Source: Catajapyx aquilonaris
Taxonomy: Eukaryota
DNA: 64,000 bases
NCBI GenBank assembly: GCA_000934665.2
Contig: KZ538104.1
Coordinates: 1 to 64,000, forward strand
Direction of reading: 5' to 3'
Positions within the stretch are counted from its first letter, which is position 1, and each line of letters opens with the position of its first letter. The translations under genes were made by a program, and so were the position numbers. This document shows, piece after piece, positions 1 through 13,574 of this stretch. The notes below the pieces were generated by a model. It made no database searches. It was not told the origin of the DNA and was given only the letters and a program-made list of their open reading frames with translations.

Positions 1-1
1 C

Positions 2-65
2 ATTGTGTCTTCAATAATTTCGCGCATTGGTGGGTTTCTGCTCATCTATGGTGCAAATGTTCAGG
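2..65 (+). CDS. Possible 3' end of a coding exon of a membrane protein (truncated by the window edge)
   Basis: Frame 2 reads IVSSIISRIGGFLLIYGANVQ (hydrophobic, transmembrane-like). It ends at CAGG|GTGAG, a good GT donor at 66-67, followed by very AT-rich intron-like sequence. Only 21 codons are visible and I found no downstream exon. Confidence 0.3.
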
Positions 66-2030
66 GTGAGCGAATTACCATGCAGTTGGGCAAGTACATT
101 GTAATGTTTTATTTATAGATTATTTGTAAGCCATTATAATATTTTATCATACATGATTCTGGTGTTAAAATTAATTGCTTCATTTGCTTTATATTATGTA
201 GGCTAATAAATAAATTTCAGAATTATGATAGCTGTAAACCTGGTTATAGGCTACATGATTTCGGTAAGTTTAACTCTGGCTGTAATAATTTTAGCGAGTA
301 ATTTAATATATTATAAGTATGAAATAATTATGACATTATAAAGGGCATTTTGTTTCAGATATTTGATTTGATTACGCCTACTTATACAGTACCTTTAGCG
401 AGATCGATAACGAGTAGAAATATTAATGAGAAATGGTTAGTACTGTCGATATCAATAATTGATATAATTGGTATGGATGTAGGTCTACTTAAAAAGGTAG
501 AAAATATTTACAAATTAATTTATTCAATTATAGTGCAATTAACCTGAAATTTGACGTCATGGCTTCCCTCTTTACTGGGAAAAAAAACTTAGGTAATCAT
601 GACGTAATCGGGCATTTGGATGTCAGATGCAGCCTTATTCATCTCAAGAGCTGAGCTATTGAACTAAATAGAAGGTTATATTTAAGCATTTTTAAAGGGC
701 TGACTTCCTCTTCGGCCCGCATTTTTTTGACGTCTGATTGATTGAAGGGTCCCAACCAGACCTTGAGATTTTCAATTTTTCGTTCCCCCAACTCGACCCA
801 CCCACCCATCTGTCTTTCGGGGTTCCTGCCAATTCGCTCCCATTCAGCCGAAACCGAGCATACAAACCCTCATCAGAGGGGCAATAATTACAGGCCCATT
901 TTTGCTTCAGAACAAATGCACACCCATAGTCTATTTGCAGGGTTGCACACTGCCCAAGTTACCCATTGCAACAGAAGTGTGTCATTAAAATGTTATTTTT
1001 AGCTGAACGAGATGCAACCCCTTGCCAAAATTTGACACAACTTTCCGACTGTCCACCCATTATTTCTCGCATAGATGGCGCTTCCATCATTGCAGACTAC
1101 TGCCACTCTCAGGGTCGTGCACCTAGCTGAGAGGAGATGATGACTCACGCCGGACAAACAAAGTGAGGCCAATGTGCTGTACACTGAAACATGTAAGTTA
1201 CATGGTTAGTGCGACACCCTGTATGCCCTGTAAGCGTATGAAAATGTTTCAAAAAGCGAATTTTTGCAATATAAAAAACATTCTCCCTTCCTCCCAACTG
1301 TTGAAATGCAATTGTTAATCGAATTGGTTGGGCTTGAAAGGTCCGTGAGCTTGCTTTTGGTGCAACCACCGAGAGTAAACCATGATGGATAATCGTCCAG
1401 GGGGTTTTCCGCCCCCTCCCCTCCCACATTTCCTCATTTTCAAGGGGGTGGTTCTTTTTTTCCCCTCCCCGTTCGCCCCACCAATCCAGACAGCTGTCCA
1501 TTTCCAGGCACTTTTTTACCCGGATTTGCACAAATTTATAGCCGTTCGAGAGATTCAAGGGCAGGCTAATGCGCATTCATCAAGCCATTTTTTTCAAGAG
1601 TATAGTTGCTGGAGTATATCTTGATTAAGCGGGCGATTACGGTGACGTAAGAAGAGCGGAGGGAGGATAATGGGGAGGAATACCCGCATCTCCCCCCCAT
1701 ACGCAACCATTGTTGTTTTGCCAGTGGAAGTCGATCAATCACAGGGTTTTGGGTAAGGTTGTGACCAGTCTCATTCAAGGGATGTAAATGGAAAGGACCA
1801 GGAGGGAGTGTCACGGCACGGGCTAATGGACAGGAACGGAGTTTAGTCCCCCCGCAAACCCCGTAAAATACGGTCAAAATCCGTCTTTCCCCCTCTCCAT
1901 CCCCCTTCGTCACCGACCAAACATATTGCCCGACCCCTCCCTTTTCTTTATTCGCCTCTAACTACTGGACAAATGCACCGAATTGCCCATTAACCTGGCA
2001 GTTAACGCTAACCGCGTCATTAACCATCAA

Positions 2031-2450
2031 ATTTAGCTTTAACTACTAATTATAACTATTAATTTAGCTACTAATTATAACTATTAATTTAGCTACTAAT
2101 TATAATTCTTAATGTAGCTACTAATTATAATTCTTAATGTAGCTACTAATTATAATTCTTAATGTAGCTACTAATTATTAGTAGCTACATTAATAGTTAT
2201 AATTAGTAACTACATTAATAGTTATAATTAGTAGCTACATTAATAGTTATAATTCGTAACTACATTAATAGTTATAATTAGTAGCTACATTAATAGTTAT
2301 AATTAGTAGCTAAATTAATAGTTATAATTATTTTAGCTATTAGTGTAGCTACATAGTTATAATTATTTTAGCTATTAATGTAGCTACTAATTATAACTAT
2401 TAATTTAGCTACTAATGATAGCTATTAATGTAGCTGCTAATTGTAGCTGT
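2031..2450. repeat. 25-bp AT-rich tandem array (unit AATKTAGCTACTAATTATAAYTMTT) with internal inversion
   Basis: Forward units start at 2061, 2086, 2111, 2136 and 2161 (partial). The symmetry centre is at 2176 (AATGTAGCTACTAAT-T-ATTAGTAGCTACATT). Reverse-complement units start at 2192, 2217, 2242, 2267 and 2292. Forward units resume near 2377, and degenerate units continue to about 2730. Confidence 0.9.
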
Positions 2451-5400
2451 TAGTTCAACTTAAGTGGCTAATTACGTATAGACCTCTTAATTTAGCTTAC
2501 ACAGCTGATCATGATAATGATCAAATTGTTAATAAATTTATTTGTACTGGTAATAACTGTTAATTGATCTACTAATTATAACTGCCAACTTAACTTAAAC
2601 CAATAATTTCCATGCATAACCATTAACATAGTTCCTAGCTGTTAATTTAGCATAAACAGGAGAGCAGCTAATATGAGCTGTTAAATTTAGACTCTGCTAA
2701 TTTAATCAGTAGCTGATAATGTAATTTAGTACATTCCTACTCCGGGTATTCCCCGGATCTTGACGGCGGGTTTTCTGTAGCGGGGTTGCCATTTTTTGCG
2801 TGTCCGATGGCGGCAAAGGGTAAAGATGTCATCCAAAATTTTTGCGTCGGTCGCACCTTGTGACAGGTCATACATCATTCGAGCAGAAGGGATCACGGCC
2901 TGTCTAGTTTTGTGGGATACATAGGCCTAAGTAACCTCCCCGGGATGGATCGGTCCCTCGAGATTTTTTGGGAGGGAAGAGAAAGACATTTTTTTGTGTG
3001 TTTGGTTTGTAAAAAAAAAAAAAGTCACGTAACGGTTTCCGATAGTCGTTTGTAACTAGCGCGATTGGGCGATATTGCTATTAAGATGCATCGTCCGATA
3101 GCAGGTTTTCTTTAGGCCGATCAGTAACGCCCTTTGTATAGCTGAATTTTCCAAGGAATTTTCAGAGATGTTGGGCCCTTTTTTGAACTGTTTCCAAGCA
3201 AATGCGTGTGCAAAATGTGATGCATCTTGCCTGCAGATAAGAGTGTTGCGGGTTTGGAGGGAGTAAATACCTGCCAAGCAACTTTGTTATTCAAAGCGCA
3301 GAGAATGGCCCTCGACTACTTCTTCCTTCTTACCTTGACCCCTGGGCGGTTTTTTGGAGGGGGGGGTGGAAGTGGGGAGGGCTGCCATCCCTCCCTTAGA
3401 AACCTCTCCACTCCTGTAAATCACCGGCAAAACAAACCTCGCTGACAAGCCTAATCACAGGCACTCATTTGGGATGTAAATAATCAGGATGGTTAATGGC
3501 CGGGATATTAGAAGGGGTACCAGGAGAGAGGGCTCTCATTAACCCAGCTGGATGACCTGCTCAACCACCACCTTTGCTTTTTACCTCCTCACCACCCACC
3601 ACCCCTCTTCAAAAAAGAAATAAGAAAAGGAAAAGAAAAAAGGTTGGGACGGGAGTCGTTTCAAAACCACCGCTTCGAATCCATTCGGAAATATTTTCCA
3701 GTTGGGACCTACACTTGTCGGCTGTAAATTTTCACTTTTGAGAGAGGGAGTGGGGGAAGGTGGGGAGAGGGAGGAAATGCCCATATAATACCTGTGGTTT
3801 TGGAACCCTCGAAGCAGGAAGGCAGGGGCAGGTTTTTTTTTCGAGCTGTTTTTATTGTTCTGGTTGCCCGGTGAGTCGTCAGTGCGGAATATAACTCGTG
3901 GGAATTCCGGAAATCTATGGGGGGATACGGGGAAAATTTTTTGGAGGAAAATATGGGAACAGGCAGAATCCAGCAAAAATAAATGGATATGAATTCTGGA
4001 GGACAGTGGGCAACCAATTCGCCGCAATAGTTCAGTTGAACCTTGAAGAATTTTATTCCGATTTTTCAGACCCGTTTGTTCCCCCCAGTTGACGAAAGTG
4101 TGATTAGGTAGTGGTGGATTCGTCCATTTTTGTGAGGCACAATCGGGGGTGTAGCAGGCTCGTTTATCACTGCAGACCAACCCCACTCCAAAGCTTTGAA
4201 AGAATGTATCGAGCCAGCAGCTCTTCTTCTGTGCCCGTCACATAAAAACAAAATAAATGGCGGATCCTCTTCTTTTCATCTCCAGTGGCCCCCGCAGCCG
4301 TCAATCCGAGGCCGTCTGCTTTCATTACTCTTTCCGTGGTTCTAATTGATTGGAAAAGACGGAGAGTGTCCTCCTTGGACCTTTTGTAGGGGTCTGAATC
4401 AGTCGTCTCCAACCTGAATCCGGCAGCTTTTTTCCCCCCGTTTCCATTGTGCCGATGCAATTTGCATCCCCGATTGATAGCTCTGGCACAACACCGATAT
4501 TTGCAAATCCGGCGCGGTTGCCAAATCGATGTGCGGCGAAACGGAAAGGAGGATCAAACGAGCGCGCGATTCAAAAGGATGCAACTCGAAACCGCGGGGA
4601 GACCCAACAAGAAACAAAAACGGAAAAGAGGACAGTCTGGGAATGAGACTTATCATTTTCTGCATCTCCTTCCCCATGTACCGCTTTGCAGAGAGACAAA
4701 AGTTGGCAACTAGTTTTTCGATGGAACACCTGGAATCCGGTGTCTCATGAGGACACTTTGTCCAAACTTGAGGACAAGCGCATAATAAGACCGGATAGTG
4801 TTCCTTTCAGGGCATGAATGGCGGGGACGTCTGTTGAGAAGAGGAAACAGAAAAAAAGGAATCTGAAATGACCATTGGGGATACGGCCTCCCATGAAAAG
4901 CGGGAGGGCCTTGCATTCCTCAAACTTTGCCAAAATCTCTGGCCTCTTTTTTTTTGCAGTTGGCCCGGCGGTGAGGCTCGCATTTGCCTTTTGTGGTCGC
5001 CACTGGCTTTTGGCAAAGTTTCGACCTCGGGAGTGGGTTTTGCCTGGCGGAAATTGTAATTACTTTGCGACTGAAGCCTTTCCCTCGTTTTGGACCGCTT
5101 CACGGTTCGACTCGTAAACCGCCGAGATATTTATCCGGGGCTGGGTACAGAACTAGCTGGAAAAGCAATATTATGTTGCCTTCCGGGACTGGGTCAGCAA
5201 GCTTGTGGTCACAGCCACAGTTTGGTGTCGTGGGATGATTTGAAAGGCAACGATGCGAGTTGAGGGAAGTCAATTGGGCTCAAACTGGCCAAATTGTTGG
5301 GCATGGCAATTCAATTAGCAAGGGATAAGCATTGCGACTGAGATGAAACGTCTACATTGCAATTACTAATAGGATATATTTACAGGCCCTGATTGTCAAA

Positions 5401-5615
5401 CATTGTGGTTGGATTCGCATCTTGATCGACTAATTCGGGCCCTGATCGAACAGTCCCTGTCCGATCCGTATCTGCAGCACGCATATTATCCGGAAGCAGT
5501 GACAAGTAGGGAAGGGGGGCCTGCATGTAATCACTACATATAAGATACGTATCTCAGAATTGGGCACTTTTGACATCCGATGACTTCTGTCGTGCTCCTC
5601 TCGCTGAATCGTGTA

Positions 5616-5669
5616 CAGGGTGATCCAGTAAGGAACCTAATACTTTCAGAATATCGTTGGACCACCCTG
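5616..5669. mobile_element. Very small Tc1/mariner-type MITE remnant
   Basis: The left end TA|CAGGGTGATCCA and right end TGGACCACCCTG|TG are inverted repeats matching at 11/12 positions. It shares the CAGGGTG terminus with the element at 52817. The right TA duplication is imperfect (TG). Confidence 0.4.
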
Positions 5670-6772
5670 TGCGGCCAGCTTTTTATAAGTACAGTGTGTT
5701 GGAGATGGAGGGGTTGAGGGAATGAAGAGTGACGCCAAAGCATACAGAGGTAGGCAGGCGATTATCCTAAAGGGAATATAAAATGAGTTGTTGGCCTGAT
5801 TAGAATCTGAGAGTTGGAACAGACAAAGTGAGCATCTCTGGCGAGGGATGGTGATGAGTCAGTGAGGACCTAATGACTGGGGGTATCCCAAGGAGGAAGG
5901 GACAAAACCACACACTGGGCTTATCAAAGAAGCCGCGCTTATGCTAATGACAACAGCTTAATGGCAGTAGAGAGGGGGGGAAAAGCCCTGCTTTACATTT
6001 TGCAACGACACTTTCTCCTTATACAATCCGAGCATAAATAAAATAATCCTGGGCTTAATGCGTGCCAATTTACGTCCTTAAGGACATTTGCTGACAGCAT
6101 GCTAGAATGCAGTTTCATGAGGACTGTGCAAAGTTTCCAGTTCAACGATTGTTTACCCCAGCAACCAGGCCGGACATGCAGCTGTCTAATAACACGTCGT
6201 ATAGTTTTAAATAATAGCCGCCCATAAAAATGTCTATTTCTAATGGCCCATTGTTGTTGTGTGTTCCCCGGCCCCCGTACGCATTTCCATCCCTCTGAAT
6301 TGGCTTTTATTGGTGAATTTTCCTTCCCTCCCCCCCCCTCGAAAGATTGTTCTCATAACTCGAGACGGATGAAATTAATTGCCGGGGCAATTTTCAAATC
6401 CTGTTTGCTTTGGCCTTGCCCCCGACCGTTCCTCCTCTATCTATTTTTTTGTAGAGAGGAGGTTGGATGGGTGGTTGGCTTCAAAATAGTGATAGCCCTT
6501 TTGGTGCGCATAGATTTTTTGGGGGGGGTGTTGATTTGAACCTGATCCGTGGGTGTGAGTACGAGGCAAAGTTAAGTCCGTGGCCAGCTGAGCCATCAAC
6601 AAGTGGGTGTAATGTAGCAGCAGCAGTTCAGCAGAATTGATCTGAGCACTTGGCATTCACGGGCTTTGCTCCCGATCCGCGCTCGGCTTTTGTTGCTTCC
6701 AACTTGCCAGTCATGTCGCGCCCAATTCACGCCCATAACGCTGCCATCATCTAATAGACTCTGCTGCTCGGA

Positions 6773-6808
6773 TATATAAAGGGAGAGGACGGGGACTGTC
6801 GAAGCAGT
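6773..6808 (+). promoter_or_regulatory. Candidate TATA-box core promoter
   Basis: TATATAAAGG at 6773-6782, with an Inr-like GCAGT whose A (6806) lies 31 nt downstream of the TATAAA start (6775), the canonical spacing. Motif evidence only. Confidence 0.25.
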
Positions 6809-9800
6809 GTGTACAGTGTTTGACATTTATGGTGTCGTACCGGTGGCGCCACCATCCGACGGTGACTAAAGAGCGAAGCGAAACTTGCTTCCGGATGACC
6901 TTGCCAAGACACACACACTGCAAAAACATTCACCGAAATCTAATTAAAGTTTCCGCAAATTCGGAAAAATTCGTGATCAGTCAATAAATTTTCTGCCCCG
7001 GCTTTGCCTGGCTGATTATTACTTAGCTTTACCGCGAAATCCGAACTGACATTTTGCATTATATACGAGATGGTGTGTGCGATTGGACATGTGAATGGGG
7101 TCCGGTTTCATGCAACGCGCGTTTCCAGTGTAATCATTTAGTAATCAATGATATGCAGGAATTAATTTATTATCGCGCCGGCTTGTTACGCATTAATTAA
7201 TGGCACGTTCATTTAGAGACTGCAGTTAATCGAGAGAAAATATACTATTCAAAACAGCAGTCATATACAGCATCATCAGGAATTATAGGGCTTCAAAATT
7301 AAATTCTCGGGACCGGTGCTTTTGACACCCCTTGTAGTCCCCGTAATCCTTCCGACGCCTTGATTAGAGCGCCGTCATCCGGAGGGTGTCCACAAGTCTT
7401 TTTTTATCCCCGGAGTCGTAATAGGTTGCGTCAGAGTCCGGGACAGCCCCAATGTTCCGGACTGGCTGTCCGGAATTTAGGGAGGCAGCCAGCAGCATCA
7501 GAGATTTCTCCTTTTCTCTTCCCTTGATTACGATTATGGAAGTGATGCTGGGCGCCGCCTAATTATATTCATGTAGTTAGCAGCAGGCTGGCTGGAAAAC
7601 AAGTCCAAAGGACTCCAGGGCACGGCTCTGAATATTCAAAGGCCTCTCTTATTGGGGGCCTACATCAGATCGACCCACTGCATCTTAAGACGTCTTCTTT
7701 TCCCCCACACAATTCCTCACCGCCCAATTCAATTGCTCCAGCTCTTTGCAACTTGCTTCCTGATTTACGGGCCGCTGCTAACACACAAAAAAGTGGCCAA
7801 AAACACTGCCCAAATCCGCACAGTGCTGGAGACGAAAAGAAAAACATATTTACACCAAATGCTGATGACACCCAATCCGTGCTCCAGCAAATTAATCACG
7901 ATCTTATTAAATCACGAGAGAAGGCCCAAAATTAATGAGAAGATTTTTACAAGCCCTCGCTTTCAAAATGACGCATGCGCATAGCCTTCAATCCAACATT
8001 ATATCCGAGCGATTAGCCAGAAATTACATCTCTTCTTGCAACCAGAAAGTAGGGGAACATTGCTAAAAATGAATGGTGTTGGAAAGTAAATCGCGTTTGG
8101 AATCTGCAATTCATCGTCGCCATCCACCCCGACCAGAGTGCCATAACCGAGTTAATAAGTAATTAAGCGGGAGGGAAAAAGAGCCTGGGCATGATTTTAA
8201 ATCCGGCCCATTAAACCAACCCCCTTCTCCCTTAGGCTAATAAGGACAAACCGTTATGTTTGCGGAAAACGCTTCTTTGGACCAGAGATGGGTTAGTTTT
8301 TCTATAGGACTGAGAAGAAGGAAAAGTGTGGAGGCTCATCCCTAGAAATAACACAGAAGGAGCGTCTAAAAACAGCCAATTTCCATTTTACAGAGATACT
8401 ACCGGGGAAGGGAGGTTGATCCATTATGGATGCCAGGGAGGGAGGGGGTCTTAATTAATGGGGTAATTTTAAGCAGGGGGGAGGTAAAAGAGGATTTGTA
8501 CAGTTGGGTGTTTTTTTAAAAGGAGACTGTCTTTGAGGTGCGTTTGCGGGTGATTCCCCAGTTGTGGTAGGTAAATGATCATCTAATTAGTGGGTACTGC
8601 TAATAATCATTTTATTCATGATGATGCTGTATTGATCAGCTATGTTAATTTCTTTCATAAAATATATATTCTGGCCATTTGTTAGGAGTGGACAGTGGCT
8701 GGGGGAGGATAGTCTATAGGAATAGGAAAGGGGTGGGATTGTCCTCCCGATTGTTAACTGTGATGGCCAGAAAGAATTGCAAATGAATCTGGCAACTTCC
8801 CAGAGGACCGATACAAGCCGCAAAACATTTCCAACTTGGTTCTCCTCCTGCATAGATGGTTGGAGGCAATTTTGTATCCGAGCCAATGGTCACGTTGGAC
8901 CCCCCTTTTTATACTTTCCAACGTCTCTTTGTCGCCGAGATGTCAACAGGACTGGAGGGCTATTCTATTTTTAGGGAAACGACACCGAATCGTAATTTAC
9001 ACCCGTCCTTGCGGTCTAAGTATCAAGGAGAAAATGAAAGAGGATGGGCTCAGAATCGTGACTAGGAATCTGCTAAGGTTTTTAGCAAAAAAAAATCGCA
9101 CTTTAAGCTATCAGAGAATTTAAGGTGATAGCGTGCAATTTTAAATTTTAAGCTAAATTCCATAAGGAGCTATAGTTGGGAATTAAATTGCGAAGCAAAG
9201 TGTATAATGAGGAAGTACCTCGGCGACAGATCTCTCCTCGGATTTAGTCCCGCATATTAATTCACACGTCACGGTCCCTTTTTACACGGCCATTAAACCC
9301 TTAACTAGGTTAGCCGGTTTCCTTCGCTCCGAATTACACTTCTTTCTCTGCCCTTTAAAGAGGTCCGGCCCCGTATATGTTAAAATTCGACGCCGCTTTT
9401 TTCTTCAGCATGCGTGTGGTTGGGTGCGGAGTTTTAAGTCCAGGCCGTGAAATATTATTATGGAGCCCAAAATACAGTGATTTAGATGCCTTTGGGGCCT
9501 TGTATACCTTGGCCGGAGCAGCTGCGCTTGACTTTGATGAGTTTATCTGCATAAAGTGGGAATGGGAAGGGCTGGAGGATTCTTCTGGGAGGGAAAACCT
9601 TGGTTGGTTGGCTCTCTTGCTTTTTCGACCTGTGGTAGGTAGGGATTATATCCTTTAATATGAAGTGTGGTGCGATAAGCCGGGTGATGAACGGTGAGCA
9701 TGTGCCAATTGATTTACGGCTATTTAGGCACGTGCGGAACACTCCAGAATGGAAACAACTTTAACGCCCCAATGGGTTCGTTCGACGTGTAATGATGACT

Positions 9801-12800
9801 ATAAATAATTTTGTCAACTCTATTGCTGGTAAGCGTTTGTATGACTTCAGTCATACGTACAATATTATAAGCCTCATTAAATAGGGTATTATTAAGAGGG
9901 GCAAAGTGGATCATTTTTGCTATGATGAATCCCTGCATCACTCATCGAATTGGGAAAGAACAATGCCGATTTTTTTCTCCAAGCTTTCCGTTTGCTTGCC
10001 AACATTTTTTCCTCCTCCTCTTTCCAAAGGTCCATAATAATTTTGGCGCCTCTGTCTAATTACAGCTGAAATATGCTGGCACTACTTTTCGATATTGGCT
10101 CAGCCTCAGTAATTCCGCTCAAATTTTTTTTATAGTTCCATCCCCCTTTCTTCAAACTGGTTCTAACCGAAATATTGACATTGTATAATAAAGTCGTACT
10201 TTTTGGCGAATTTTTTGGCGAAAAAAAACAATCCCCCCGACGGGAAAAAATGGATGTCCTCCGGCCGGGGATGTTTTTTGCACGCAGATAAAGTGAAGCT
10301 CTTTTTTTCCAGGAGATGGGCTAACAAATGATGCAGTAATTAGTTCTCCACCTCCGGTATATTTTACATCTCGCAGGAGCGTCCCACATAAATTCATAAG
10401 AGCATAAATTTGCCTGCTAATGACCTATTCGTTATGTTTATGTAGCCGAGATTTAGTTGCCAAAAAAAGATCGAGGCACGTGGCAGATTTTCTCAGAGAA
10501 TGTCACGTAGACGCGAGTAGTTTTGGTCTCGAGAAAAAGCCCAAAATATCCAGTGAAACTACAACTGGATTTAATTTACAGTAATGTAGCTTTATTATTT
10601 GTTCAACACCTAGTCTATAATTTATTATTAAGTCATTTTTATAAAGTATTTATTTCTTATTTTATTTTCATGTCTCATTCCCAATTATTCCTTATTATTT
10701 TGTATTACTCGTTATTTGTAAATTTTCGTTGATATTCTATTTTCTTTAATTATGTTATTTTCTTATTATTCTGTATAGGTACGATGTACGAGGTTGGTAA
10801 ATTTCTGTTATTCAACATTGCATTGTCTGAAATTAATTTAATACTCATTACCCAGTACTATACAAACTATAGTATAACCTACTTTCCCTGTCCTAATTAA
10901 GCCTATAGAGTAACACATTTTAAAAAATTAATATAGAAATTATGTTGGCAGTACGACGTTTCTTTCTGGACGTTTTCTCTTTCCTAAAAATTTCAGAAGG
11001 TTGTATTTAAACAGTGGCGATCCAGCTGATGTTTTAAAGGGAAAGGTCCAAGGCATGCGCCCATTTGCGTCAGCCCTTCAGCAGAGGACTGTATATTACC
11101 AGACGCCACTGATAAATCCGCCTCCTAACGATCTATTTGTTACGTTTATGCTCCCGCGGTTTACGACTTTGCACATAAACACGAATTATGTTTCAACCCC
11201 TCTTCCACCCCACCCGGTCGAAGAAGAAGAAGGGAAAAAAACCGACTTAAATCGAGCATGTGTGCGGTTGTCTCTGGCTGTCACACACTCCGACGCTCCA
11301 ATTAGTGTGTTGTTGCCCAAACCCTTTTTTTTTTCTTCACGTTCCCTTGAAGGATCCCCGCAGCTGGCTATTCGCCTAGTCAAGATATTGAAGTTCTTGG
11401 CAGGTATTTTTGCAAGATGAGATTTTTCGCCATCTTTTTTTAAGGAGCCGCCAAAAAGCAATGGGGGCCCACCCATGGAGGGAGGCTTGCATTAGGTGGG
11501 CCAACAAACCAGCCAGGCAGATACGACGTTTTTCCTGCCTCTTCTCCACCAGCTCTTCTCTCTCTCTTTTTTTTACTATACACTCTTCTTTTCTCCAACC
11601 CTTGGCTTGATTAATAGGTGCACATCCAGATTAGGGATCCACGTAGGCAGGCAGGCAGGCTCGGGAAAATTATGCAGGATGGAGCCAAACCCACACGGCA
11701 GCCTCCACATGTTACCAACAAGCAAAGCATGCAGGGAGAAGCGCCTATAAGATTTGCATAGAGCCAAATTTTAATTTAGGTGTCAATATTATTATCTGGA
11801 TACAGTGGAAACTATCGTCCAAGAAAACCCGCGCGAGCATGGAGAGAACACATTTCCATCTACCAGGCCAAGAATATTACATTTGCCAACTCCGACAGGA
11901 AGAAGCTTATTGGACAGGAAAAATTTGGCAGTGTTTCTGGGGGGGGGGGGGGGGGGNGTTACTTGAAATATAGCATTGGCGCTCATGCTTGTCGCGTTAT
12001 TATAAATCGACCAATCAGGAGGAGCTGCACCTGCCAGAAAGGGTTGGATTGGCGGATTTTGTCAACTGCGTGTGTGGCAATTCCATAAATACGTCACTCC
12101 AGTAATGAGTCGACGTCGTGTCTGAAAATAGCTCTATTTTGATAGCCTCCTAGATTCGATTGCATCTAGCAGGATCCTATTTCTGCCTGGCCGCTTTCAG
12201 TTTTAACAATTTAATGCGGGACATATACAGCGCTATGCATCCGACTGCAAATGCAGTTAGATTTAAATTTGATGCGCGACGTGCGACCATCATGCAGCAT
12301 CAGCATCAAAAAGCTATACAACCGCTTCAAGGATTCGTTTTCAATACGCAATGAGCATAGTCCCGCAATCTGCATTCAAGTAAAGGTGCATCTCTCTCTC
12401 TCTGTATATGCAACGTAATTATCAACTGCAAATCGGATTAGATTGGTAATTCGGTCATGAATTAATCATTACTCAACCGCCTCTGTACCATAGTGTTGGG
12501 TGGCATCTCCCAAGTTTAACCGGAGACTTAAACACTGGATGCGCACTACATTCGACTAGCTTGTAAATAATTCGTGGCCCGTAAATTTCCAGGGTTATCT
12601 CCCGGACACGCGAAAGTTGTGACTGGTCCGGACTAGCAGGTCGGAATGCACAATAATATTCCGCTGGTGGGTTCTGCGTTCCCGGAATATATTTGCAACA
12701 CTGGCGTCTGATGCTGCTGCAACATCATGCCAGGGCCTTAACTTTCTGCGAGGCACAGAGTTTGAAAATTTCATCCTTATCTGCCCGAGTTTGCAAGCAG

Positions 12801-13574
12801 AAGCACAGGGTGGGCAAGCAATATACTGTACAGAAGCTAATATTCGGGATAACTATTTTAAAAAACTGTCTAAGAATCAGCCGGATCCGAGCCAAAACGC
12901 AAATATTGTAGATTACTTTTGCGGGATCTATAAAAATTGAAAAAAAAAAGTTGAGGGAGAAGAAATGAAAAAAATGGACGTTAAATTGGGGCCTTGGTGA
13001 CACAGCAAGTTGGGAATAATGATGGCGGACCGTACATCCTCACGAGTTAGTGCCAACGAGGATAAAAGATGCGATTTCAGGATCGAAGAAGGCAGGGCTC
13101 TAAAGCATTCCAGGAGAAAAAGAATAAGGGGGAAAAAGGCCTGGATTTTTTTTTTTTGCGGCAATGGGAGGAGATTGCGCCTTAATTTAAATAAAATACT
13201 CTCCGACTTTTGGAATTCCACCAAGCAAGTTTTTGATGCTGAGTGTTGTAGACTGGTGGTAATTCTCGCTGGGATTTTTTTTCCTCTCCCCCCCCCCTCC
13301 CCCCTAGAGTCTCGCCTCCTTCTTTTCACGTGACCTTCAGGCATCTAGCTCGTTATTTGCAACTGCATTATTATGGACTTTTTTTATCCCCCCTGGATTC
13401 GCTTGCCAAATTGTGGGCACATTTTGAGAGCTAAATAAGGTGGAGGATTAAAATAAGTGAGCAAACACTTTTCCTGTTAGTAGGAAAACAGGAAGACACG
13501 AATTTGCCTGTAGGTTAACTATTAAGTCTTACGTTATTATTAGTGGGGCAAATACAACGGAACCGTTTTTTTTT

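Noticed and set aside
1110..1223. Possible mariner MITE ending in GACACCCTGTA
   Set aside because: The left end matches only loosely and lacks a TA flank.
2031..2450. Regular 25-bp repeats as a CRISPR array
   Set aside because: Units are head-to-tail with no unique spacers, there are no cas genes, and the context is eukaryotic.
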